Source: Candidatus Latescibacterota bacterium (GTDB lineage Bacteria; Latescibacterota; UBA2968; UBA8231). From it: a DNA stretch of 64,000 nt. The stretch is taken from positions 4,768,001-4,832,000 of the forward strand of contig OZ253462.1 of assembly GCA_965261395.1 (NCBI GenBank), read 5' to 3'. This document shows positions 28,213-36,938 of this stretch, piece after piece. How positions within the stretch are numbered: position 1 is the stretch's first letter; each line of letters begins with the position of its first letter. The notes beneath the pieces are model-generated. The model saw only the letters and a program-made list of their open reading frames with translations, ran no database searches and was not told the DNA's origin. Made by a program: the position numbers and the translations under genes.

Positions 28213-29038
28213 GTGTAAGCTCTTGGGCGAGCAAGGCGGCGATATTAGGCCGACCCGGATTGTAAGGAGGCTCCATGATCGCCTGCTGCAGCGGTGTGAG
28301 TTCATCGTAGAACGGGCAGTACTCTTCGAGGCGGTTCATTCCCTTGGCGTTGACGAAGGGGCCAGCAGCGTAGCGGTAAAGGAGGGTACGGCGCTCGTGC
28401 TTGCCCTTCCAAGGCAACGTGCCATGGGTGAGCCCCTCAGTGAAGATGAGGGCGTCTCCAGCTTCCATTGCAACGTGGTGGTAGCAGCCGAGATCGTACT
28501 TCATGGTCCGGACATCGGCCGGAGTATCGAAGTTCGCCTTGTGGCTACCGGGAATGCAGACGAAGCCGCCGTCTCCGGGATTGACGTCGGCGAGTTGATA
28601 ACAAACGCCGACGAGATTATTCCACATGCGGCCATTGACGTAGCGATAGGTGTGCTTGTGGACGAGGGTGCCGCCCCCATGCAGCACACAACCTTCTGCC
28701 CCCTCGGTCATGCTGATACCATTGGCATTGCCAAAACGGAATTCGTCGCCGATCAGGTCGAACATGTAGCGCAGCGCCGGTGGGTGCGAAAGTAGATCGC
28801 GAAACGGCTGGCACCAAGGTTTCGGCCAATTGAGAATTCCCATGATGTCCCCGCGACCGTGGTCCCCTTTCAGCACGGGGGAATTTGCCGACAGCGATTG
28901 CTCTCCCTCGCGCAGTCGCACCCTATTCTGGTTGTGATCGATCGCCTCGTTCAAGGCCGCGACCAGATCCGGGCTCAGTATTTTCTGCACGACTAGGTAG
29001 CCGTTCACATCAAAAAAGTATTTCTCGTGTTCGTTCAT
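28205..29038 (-). CDS. PhyH family Fe/2OG enzyme with HxG in place of HxD
   Basis: FFDVNGYLVV, VLHGGG, DGGFVCIPGSHK, LTHGTLPW, RRTLLYRY. Confidence 0.85.
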   Translation of the reverse strand: MNEHEKYFFDVNGYLVVQKILSPDLVAALNEAIDHNQNRVRLREGEQSLSANSPVLKGDHGRGDIMGILNWPKPWCQPFRDLLSHPPALRYMFDLIGDEFRFGNANGISMTEGAEGCVLHGGGTLVHKHTYRYVNGRMWNNLVGVCYQLADVNPGDGGFVCIPGSHKANFDTPADVRTMKYDLGCYHHVAMEAGDALIFTEGLTHGTLPWKGKHERRTLLYRYAAGPFVNAKGMNRLEEYCPFYDELTPLQQAIMEPPYNPGRPNIAALLAQELTHA

Positions 29039-29064
29039 AAAAGCTCTCCAACTTTATTCGATTT

Positions 29065-31101
29065 TCAGACGAACGAGCCTCCGATGGGCTGGTTGCCGAC
29101 CATGCCGGTGAAATAGTCGATGACCAGCCACATCCCCGCGACGAAGATCTGTCCCATGATCAGACCTAGAAAAAACGGTTTGGTGCTATTGTACAGCGCC
29201 GGTCCTCCGTATTTGAGCACCACCGATTTGATCGCCCACGCTATGAATACACTGAACCATACATAGTTCATGATGAAGAAAGTACTGGTGGCGAAACCCA
29301 GAGGATGCACGGGCCACCACACGAAACGCGCCCTGATATAGGCCAGCAGGCCCATCACCAACGCTCCTAAGCCGGTGAACAACCAGCCCCCGATATGAGC
29401 GGAGGTGGGATTGGACAGGATGACGGCCATGTAGTTGGCCGCGTTTCGGGGTACGCCAATGAACCAGAACCCGTGGAGATTGACGCCCCCATAGGTGTAG
29501 GACAGCGTCATGACGCTCCATATAGAACTGGCTAAGGCGATCACCACGGCCAGAGCCACACCCCAGATCAGCATCCTCCTATCCCCTTTGAGCAGTTCGG
29601 CGATTTTCAAGGCGTTGGCAAAACAGGGCATAAAAAAGATGCGGATATTGGCCGCCCATACATAGGTAAAGCCCAGCGCCACGATGCCCGAGGCACCCAG
29701 CGCGCTGGTGCCCAAGCCCGACACGACGAAATCCGCCGGTGTCAGCGGCGTGCGGATGACTGCCACCCCCCCTTCCACCACGGCCCGAGTCAAGGCCATG
29801 AAGACGACGAAGACCGCAAAGAGAAAAACCGGGACGACCCACAGGGGGAGGCCCGACTTCCACAGCCAAGCACTGATGATCAGTAGGCCGACGAGCAGGC
29901 CCCAGACCGCGGTTCGGTAAGACAAGATTTCATCCCTGTCGTCTACCGCCTCATCCCCTTTGAAAGCCTTGCTAAATACACCCTTGAGGTGGCTTCTGCC
30001 CATCCACAGGCCAGACAGTACCAGCACGATCATGGCCCCCATAGCTTGGTGCGCTAAGTAGGGGCCGCTGGAATTGGCAAAGCGGCTCAACTTTTCGGCG
30101 CTCTGGATGCCCAGAATGTTGAAGACGCCCCGCTCGATATTGGATAAAAGGAAAAAAGACCAGAGCCCCAAGGCCACATCTCGGCTGAGCAGATAGGCAA
30201 ATCCGACCAAGCCCAAATTGAACATGACGATGAGCACGGTCGTATTCCTGAAGATGGTAAACTGGCTCGTCAGAATACCTTGGTCGCTGAACTGGCTCAT
30301 GCCCGGGATGAAGGGAAAATAGTTGTACAGAGCGCTGTACGAGCCCAACAGGAAGGGGATGGAAAAGCCTATCCACATGACCGGATTTTTGAAGAAAGGC
30401 TTGATCCAAGAACGCTTTTCGTCATGGCTGCCCCCCCCTCGCTCTTCATCCCGCATCATCTCGAGTGGGACCTGGACTAGCGGATAGAGCAGCTTTTCGT
30501 GTTCAATCCACTGCCGGCGCACCATGACCATCAGGCATATAGATACCCAATAGCTGGCGATAATGAACAGACACCAGTACAGAATGGGCTCGATCCAGAC
30601 GTTCCAAGGCACGGAGAGGCCCTTGGGCAACCCCTCATAGAAATACCTAATGGCGTCGGGATCCTGGGGGGCCATCCACTTGGGCACATAGGGGTGGATG
30701 ATCTCTTCCCATCTGTTTTCGGGCGAAGCATAATAGTAGATTCCGGCGACAATAGGCAGCAAATACTCGGAAAAACCGATAGTCGGGATGGCCGTGGCCA
30801 GCATCGCCATGATATAAATTACGGCCAACTCGGGAGGTGAAAGAGCATACTGCCGTCTGATGAAGCCCAAAACCACATTGACAATGCCGACAAAAATAAA
30901 AAAGACGAAGATCGCAGCCGGTGTATTGAGGTTGTGGGCCAGGAGCGAACCCTTGATGATCATATTGGTGTAGGGCAGGACGATGCCGATAAAAAGGGCC
31001 ATGAGTGAGCCGATTAGCAGAGACCGGAAAGTCACGCCTGGCTCGCCCATCCCGTCGTCATCTGGAAGGGCTGGGTGTCCTGCGCGGATATCTTTTCGCA
31101 T
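29065..31101 (-). CDS. DUF6785-DUF6784 polytopic membrane protein (putative transporter)
   Basis: VTFRSLLIG, ELAVIYIM, YYASPENRW, RRQWIEHEKLLYPLVQVP, WWPVHPLGF, LKYGG, PFFLGLIMG; start taken as MRKDIR. Confidence 0.85.
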   Translation of the reverse strand: MRKDIRAGHPALPDDDGMGEPGVTFRSLLIGSLMALFIGIVLPYTNMIIKGSLLAHNLNTPAAIFVFFIFVGIVNVVLGFIRRQYALSPPELAVIYIMAMLATAIPTIGFSEYLLPIVAGIYYYASPENRWEEIIHPYVPKWMAPQDPDAIRYFYEGLPKGLSVPWNVWIEPILYWCLFIIASYWVSICLMVMVRRQWIEHEKLLYPLVQVPLEMMRDEERGGGSHDEKRSWIKPFFKNPVMWIGFSIPFLLGSYSALYNYFPFIPGMSQFSDQGILTSQFTIFRNTTVLIVMFNLGLVGFAYLLSRDVALGLWSFFLLSNIERGVFNILGIQSAEKLSRFANSSGPYLAHQAMGAMIVLVLSGLWMGRSHLKGVFSKAFKGDEAVDDRDEILSYRTAVWGLLVGLLIISAWLWKSGLPLWVVPVFLFAVFVVFMALTRAVVEGGVAVIRTPLTPADFVVSGLGTSALGASGIVALGFTYVWAANIRIFFMPCFANALKIAELLKGDRRMLIWGVALAVVIALASSIWSVMTLSYTYGGVNLHGFWFIGVPRNAANYMAVILSNPTSAHIGGWLFTGLGALVMGLLAYIRARFVWWPVHPLGFATSTFFIMNYVWFSVFIAWAIKSVVLKYGGPALYNSTKPFFLGLIMGQIFVAGMWLVIDYFTGMVGNQPIGGSFV

Positions 31102-31132
31102 GTCTTTTAGGATATAGATGTTCGTCTTGAAC

Positions 31133-33082
31133 TTACAAGTAGCCCAAGACATTCCCCGTCATACCGGTGAAGTAGTCAATCACCAACCACATGCCCGCCA
31201 CCACTACTTGGCCTAGGATTAATCCGAGAAAAAAGGGCCGAGTCCGGCTGTAGGCGGCTGCTCCCCCGTACTTGAGAACGATTGTTTTGAACAGCCAAGC
31301 CAAAAAGATACTAAACCACACCCAATTCATAATGTAGAATGTGCCGGTGGCGAAGCCCAAGGGATGGATCGGCCACCACACAAAGCGGTAGCGAATATAG
31401 GTGAACAGACTCATCAAGAAGGCTCCCAGGCCAGTGAAGGCCCAGCCCGCTAGGCTGGCGGGTACGGGGCTGTCGAACTTGGGGCCTATATAGGTGAAAG
31501 CCATCTGCGGAACGAAGATGAAGAAGAAATTGTGCAGGTTGATGCCGCCGTGGGCATACGCCATTTCCATAACCAGATAGATAGAGCTGGACAAGGTGAG
31601 GACAATGGCTAGCAATACAGCCCAGAGCAGCTTTCTTTTGCTGCCTTTGATCTCTTCGGCCAGTTTGAGGGCATTGGCGAAGCAGGCCATAAAGAAAATG
31701 CGCACATTGGCGCTCCATACGTAGGTGAAGGCCACGCCGATCAATCCGGAGGCTCCCAAGGCGGTCGTACCTAGGCCGGAGATGGTAAAATCAGCGGGGG
31801 TGATAGGCGTGCGCAGGACGGAAATCCCCCCTTCGACCACAGCCCGAGTAAGCGCTATAAGGACAACGGCAGCCCCGAAGAGAAACACCAAGACGATCCA
31901 CAGCGGGATGCCCGACTTCCACAACCAGCCGATCATCACCGCTAGGCCAGCCACCAAGCCCAGTACGGCGTTGCGGTAGGATAGGACCTCTCCAGAATCG
32001 TCAATATGGGCATCCCCCCGCAACGCCTTGATGAAGACATCGCGCAAATGCCCCCGTCCCATCCACAGCCCAGAGAGCACCAGTACGATCATGGCCCCCA
32101 TGGCTTGGTGGGCCATGTGCGGCCCGACTAGGTTGGCGAAACGGCTCAGGTTTTCCTCACTGTAGATGCCCAGCACATTGAAGACACCTCGCTGCAGAGA
32201 GGATAGCAAAAAGAAAAACCAGAACCCTAGGGCAATATCCCGGCTCAATAGGTAGGCAAAGCCGATCAGCGCTAGGTTCATATCTAGGCGGAGGTACGTA
32301 GTGCCACGGAAGAGGTGAAAGCCGGTCGAGGTGGTGATGCGAGGCACGAATTCGTAGTAGCTATTCAGGGCATTTATAAGGCCGATAAGGAAGGGGATGG
32401 CAAAACCCAGCCACATAGCCGTATTAGAAAAAAAAGGGGCCAGCAGCGTCCGTCTCCCATCACCCTGAATCATCTCTAGGGGAACCTGGGCCAAGGGATA
32501 AAGCAGTTTTTCGCTTTCCATCCACTGTCGGCGCACGATCACCATGGCGCAGATGGATACCCAGTAGAAGGCAAGGATGAACAGGCACCAGTAGGTCAAG
32601 GGCTCGACCCAAGCACCCCAAGGTAGTGGCCGCCCCTCGGGTAGCCCTTCGTAGAAATAGCGAATAGCGTCGGGGTCCTGGGGGACCATCCACTCGGGCA
32701 CATGGGGGTGAATCAAGTCTGCCCAGTTGTTTTCAGGGGTGGCAAAGTAGTAGAGCCCCGTGGTGATGGGCAGAACGTATTCGGTGAAGCCAATCGTGGG
32801 GATGGAAGTGGCTACCATCGCCATGATATAGACCACGGCCAATTCCCCTCTCGACAGGGCCAAGCCCCGGTGGAACAGGTGCAACAGTGGATTGAGGAAA
32901 AGGACGAGGATGAAGAAGATAAAGAGGGCAACAGGAGTGCTGAAGTTGTGCGCTAGTACCGTCCCCTTGATGACCATATTGGAATAAGGTACGGCAACGC
33001 CGATGAAGATCGAGGCAACGCCGCCGATTAGCAGGGCTTTGAAGGTGACACCGCCGCCCGAGTTTTTCCCCTCAGTTGCCAT
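31133..33082 (-). CDS. DUF6785-DUF6784 polytopic membrane protein (putative transporter)
   Basis: Same motif set; tandem paralog. Confidence 0.85.
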   Translation of the reverse strand: MATEGKNSGGGVTFKALLIGGVASIFIGVAVPYSNMVIKGTVLAHNFSTPVALFIFFILVLFLNPLLHLFHRGLALSRGELAVVYIMAMVATSIPTIGFTEYVLPITTGLYYFATPENNWADLIHPHVPEWMVPQDPDAIRYFYEGLPEGRPLPWGAWVEPLTYWCLFILAFYWVSICAMVIVRRQWMESEKLLYPLAQVPLEMIQGDGRRTLLAPFFSNTAMWLGFAIPFLIGLINALNSYYEFVPRITTSTGFHLFRGTTYLRLDMNLALIGFAYLLSRDIALGFWFFFLLSSLQRGVFNVLGIYSEENLSRFANLVGPHMAHQAMGAMIVLVLSGLWMGRGHLRDVFIKALRGDAHIDDSGEVLSYRNAVLGLVAGLAVMIGWLWKSGIPLWIVLVFLFGAAVVLIALTRAVVEGGISVLRTPITPADFTISGLGTTALGASGLIGVAFTYVWSANVRIFFMACFANALKLAEEIKGSKRKLLWAVLLAIVLTLSSSIYLVMEMAYAHGGINLHNFFFIFVPQMAFTYIGPKFDSPVPASLAGWAFTGLGAFLMSLFTYIRYRFVWWPIHPLGFATGTFYIMNWVWFSIFLAWLFKTIVLKYGGAAAYSRTRPFFLGLILGQVVVAGMWLVIDYFTGMTGNVLGYL

Positions 33083-33210
33083 GTACCAATCCGTTCCAGC
33101 CGCCGGCGATGGACTTCGTTTGGCACCGAGGTGCCACAGACGGGAGACAGGCAGCCCAAACCTGCCTCATCCCAAGCCCAGTGCTATCAGGGGCCAGATC
33201 GACCGCCTAC

Positions 33211-34593
33211 TCAGTCGGCGTAGTAATAGCCGTAGAGAATCATCATTTCATCGGCGCGCGTGAACCCGAAGTTGAGATTCCGCTCGGTGTCATTGTCGTA
33301 GGTGGCCCTAATCCTGAAGCCTTGGCCCTCTTCGACCATGAGCGGCGGATCGAATCTAAGAGGAGCCGGGTGTTCCCAGTCGTAGCCGATGTAGATCAGT
33401 TCCCCATCCCGGGGTCCGCCGATGAGTTCGGCGGTGAATTCCTCCATGCGGTCATGGGTGTGGGAAACAAGTTGGAAGATGTGCCTGTCCTCCTTAAAGA
33501 TGAACTCTTTCTCTAGGGAAGTGACTTGGCCAGCGGGCAGATCAATATCGAAGTTGCTCAGGGCGAAGACCTCGGCTACCCGTTCTACTTCCGAGGGTTC
33601 AATAAGATGCAGGTTGACAAATACTTCGCCGATCGCGGCCTGATCGGTGGCATTGGCATAGTGGGAGTTCATATCAAGTCCCGTTCCAGCGGGCAGACGC
33701 ATGGCCACGCCGGGAGGCAAGCTGAAGTCAAGGCGCGTAGATTGGGCGATTACGATGGGAACCTGGTACTGCATGACCCGCCAGTCGAACAGATCGTACC
33801 CTTCGGCGTCTTGGTAATTGCCTGCGGTGTCGCGCAGGTCGCGGTAGATCTCTGGCTGGGGAATAACATCGGTCGGGGTGTAGCCGGGAAACTGGTTGAG
33901 GATGAAGTGGTGACTCCCCGATCGCATGGACAATTCAAAGCGATTGACGAAGAGATCCTCGGCGTGGTCGAGGGGCTGATAAAAATAGACCTCGCGCTCG
34001 TACTGGGGTGCCACCTCGAAGGGACCCAAGTAGAGTTGGATGCCATTGAACGGCGGATTTAGCGGCGTGAACTCCGGTACTGCATAGCGCTCCTCGTCCT
34101 GCAGCAGGGCCAAGTCTGCTACCACCCTTTCTTCGGGGGCTCCGGCGCGGATCCACTGGCGTATGAATTCCAGTTGGCCGTTAGTCAGCGGCGGACGACC
34201 CAGCGGCATCTGCTCGCCATAAGTGGGATGATCAGCGTAAAAGTGCTCTTGGTCGGGCGCGTTGATCTTTTCCCATAGATAGCTCTTGAAAAGACCCCCA
34301 AGTCCCTCGTCGCTCAGCAAGACTAAGCCGTCTTGGGCGGCCGCAGCATTGCGCGGTACAGTATTGATCAGTTGGCTATACGCCAAATCTGGAGTCAGAA
34401 CCAAGTCTGACTGCCGAGCGAAGGAGGCACCGGCACTGTGGCAGCTAACGCAGTTGGAGGCGAAGATATCGTGCTGGATCACGTTCCAAGTCGATACTTC
34501 CTGGGGCTCTACCGAGCGGCCGGAATCGCAGCCGCTCAGAGAACAACTCATAGCGCTGAGCAATGCGCTTAGTACAAAGCCGATTCGCCGCAT
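33211..34593 (-). CDS. Lipoprotein: c-type heme domain fused to a copper type II (PHM/DBM-like) monooxygenase
   Basis: Lipobox LSGC, CVSCH, MPLG, SHHF, NSHY, SHTH, DEMM. Confidence 0.75.
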   Translation of the reverse strand: MRRIGFVLSALLSAMSCSLSGCDSGRSVEPQEVSTWNVIQHDIFASNCVSCHSAGASFARQSDLVLTPDLAYSQLINTVPRNAAAAQDGLVLLSDEGLGGLFKSYLWEKINAPDQEHFYADHPTYGEQMPLGRPPLTNGQLEFIRQWIRAGAPEERVVADLALLQDEERYAVPEFTPLNPPFNGIQLYLGPFEVAPQYEREVYFYQPLDHAEDLFVNRFELSMRSGSHHFILNQFPGYTPTDVIPQPEIYRDLRDTAGNYQDAEGYDLFDWRVMQYQVPIVIAQSTRLDFSLPPGVAMRLPAGTGLDMNSHYANATDQAAIGEVFVNLHLIEPSEVERVAEVFALSNFDIDLPAGQVTSLEKEFIFKEDRHIFQLVSHTHDRMEEFTAELIGGPRDGELIYIGYDWEHPAPLRFDPPLMVEEGQGFRIRATYDNDTERNLNFGFTRADEMMILYGYYYAD

Positions 34594-35010
34594 AGCTATC
34601 CTCCACAAGTGCGGGGATAATAAGATGATAGGCCAATGCCACAGACGTGCGAGAAAATCACTAGCCTACGTCTGTTAACCTATTATATTCCAGATACCAC
34701 CATTTTGGGAGATTGTCAAGTTTTACTGCGTGGCCAAGATCTCTGGGTGCCGATTTGCCGCAACTTTTTAGTTAGCCCAAGCGAGGTCTTTGTTATCCGT
34801 GAGCAGATAGAGCGAGCAATTTTGATTGATATACTCGTTGATTTCTTGTAGTATTTTCTCTTCTGCATGGATAATCGCTATTTTGTTTTCGAATATTCAA
34901 CTTTTCACAATCTGGGCCGAATTGCGGATCTTTTGAAGATGCCATTCGTCGCTCTGCAATGGCTCCTGTGATTTTCGCCCTTCCACAATAGCGAGATCAA
35001 TGCCCACCCT

Positions 35011-36897
35011 ATGGCTGACTTATCTCGTTTGTTGATCTGGAGCCTCTCCTTGTGGACTGGTTTCGCGGCCGGACCGGCCTCCGGGTTGGTTATCTACCGA
35101 TTGGGCGGCGAAGCATTGGCCCCGCCTCCAGAAGCAGGCCATGAAGGCGTGGAATTCATCCAACTAAACTGGACGGATTTCAATCCTCCCCTAGGCGGGG
35201 CCGCCATTGATTTGGATATAGACACCGCCGCTATCCGGCCTCTCAAACGCGATCCGAATTTCAATATAGCCCCCGGCATTGAAGCAAATGGAGGGGAGCA
35301 CGTCAGGCCCAATGTGAATGTGGAAGTATGGGATGGAGATGTCAGTACGGCTTGGGTGGCGGCCAGTTATCTGTGCGGCGCACTCAGCAGGTTTTTCTGC
35401 GTAGATGATTTTGGCCGACAGGGCACGGCTAATATCAACCTAGGCAATCCCTATCTTATTGACCGGGTGCGGATTATATCCGGCCTGACCGATCCGAGCA
35501 AAATAGTGCGGACGGTCCGCATTTACATCGCGCCGGAGTTGCCTTGGAAAAAAAGAACTCTCATTGATCATCCCCCGCCGTATTCACCCTGGGTCGTCGA
35601 GGTGCGGGACAATCGAGAGCAGATCATCGACATTCCCCTCCCCCCACAAGAGGGAACGACCTTTGTGCAGGTAGCCGCCAGCGAGCACGGCGAGGACTGG
35701 GAAGTAAACGAGATAGAAATCTACGCCAAAGGGCTAGTCAAAAAGGCCAGCTACATCTCGAACATTCTCGATTTTGGTCAGCCGATGGCCTGGGGCGACC
35801 TGCGCTGGTCCGGACGCCAAGACCCCAAAGCCCGCATCCTCATCCAATCCCGATCCGGACAAGACCAAGACCCCGACCTGTTCTGGCGCTTCACCGGACG
35901 AGGCGACGAAAAAATACCCGTCAGCCGTTCCGAATACGCCGACTTGGCCGTAGGCGAAAAAGCCGGCACCGGCTACGATCAAGCCAACTGGACCTTCTGG
36001 TCGGCCCCCTACGCCTTTGCCGACAGCAGTGGCACCCCCATCGTGTCGCTAAGCCCACGACGCTATCTCCAACTCAAAGTCGACTTTCTGCCTCAAGACG
36101 ACGACGGCGGACAGGTGGACTTTCTCGAAGTGCGCGCTTCCCCGCCGGTGGCCACGCAGTTGATCGGCGAGGTCTGGCCCGTCGAGGTCGCTGTGGGCCA
36201 GCCGCAGCAGTTTACCTATGTGGTGCGACCAACCTTGGGGGGTGACAGTGGAGGCTTTGACCGGTTGGAGGTGGCTACAGCGGCACGGCTGGGGACCGTA
36301 ACCCAAGTGCGCATGGGCGATGAGCCGGTCGACTATGCGGTGGAGGTGGCTGAACTGCACCGGGTGGTGGTGAGTTTCCCCCGGCTGACAGCTCAGGATT
36401 CGGGTGCTTTGGTGGAGGTAGTCTTCGAGGCGGAGGTATTGCGCTATGGCTCTACTTTTTCGGTGCGGGTGTGGGACAGTGCCCAGCCGTTGGAGGTGCC
36501 CCAGAGCGTGCAGGAGGGTGATGCCAGTCCAGCCTATGAGGGCAATCGGGTGTGGGTAGCCACCAAGGCGGAGCATCAGGGGGTGTTGCAGGTGGGTCGG
36601 CAGCCAGTGGTCTTGACGCCCAATGGGGATGGGCGCAACGACGCGGTGGGGTTGGGATATCGTTTGGTAGAGTTGACGGGTCGGTCCTGGGTGACGGTGG
36701 CGGTGTGGGATTTGTCGGGTCGCCGGGTTCGTCAGGTGTATGCGGGGTTGGATGGTGTGGGTGCGTATGAGCGGGTGTGGGATGGTCGGGACGAGTCGGG
36801 TCGGCTGGTGTCGCCGGGCCTTTACCTCTACCGCGTCTCCGTCGAAGCCGACCACCAAACCGTCTCGGCCGTAAAACCACTACAGGTCGCCTATTAA
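35011..36897 (+). CDS. Exported protein with discoidin-like segment and C-terminal FlgD-Ig/CHU_C-like domain
   Basis: Signal peptide; WSAPY, RYLQLKVDF, LTPNGDGRND, WDGRDESGRLVSPGLYLYRV. Confidence 0.8.
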   Translation: MADLSRLLIWSLSLWTGFAAGPASGLVIYRLGGEALAPPPEAGHEGVEFIQLNWTDFNPPLGGAAIDLDIDTAAIRPLKRDPNFNIAPGIEANGGEHVRPNVNVEVWDGDVSTAWVAASYLCGALSRFFCVDDFGRQGTANINLGNPYLIDRVRIISGLTDPSKIVRTVRIYIAPELPWKKRTLIDHPPPYSPWVVEVRDNREQIIDIPLPPQEGTTFVQVAASEHGEDWEVNEIEIYAKGLVKKASYISNILDFGQPMAWGDLRWSGRQDPKARILIQSRSGQDQDPDLFWRFTGRGDEKIPVSRSEYADLAVGEKAGTGYDQANWTFWSAPYAFADSSGTPIVSLSPRRYLQLKVDFLPQDDDGGQVDFLEVRASPPVATQLIGEVWPVEVAVGQPQQFTYVVRPTLGGDSGGFDRLEVATAARLGTVTQVRMGDEPVDYAVEVAELHRVVVSFPRLTAQDSGALVEVVFEAEVLRYGSTFSVRVWDSAQPLEVPQSVQEGDASPAYEGNRVWVATKAEHQGVLQVGRQPVVLTPNGDGRNDAVGLGYRLVELTGRSWVTVAVWDLSGRRVRQVYAGLDGVGAYERVWDGRDESGRLVSPGLYLYRVSVEADHQTVSAVKPLQVAY

Positions 36898-36938
36898 CAA
36901 GGCGTTTTGTACGAATCTAATTAGAGATTGGTTCTCCC

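Noticed and set aside
36049-36880. His/Pro/Thr-rich minus-strand ORFs
   Set aside because: Shadows of the G/T-skewed segment of the FlgD-tailed gene.
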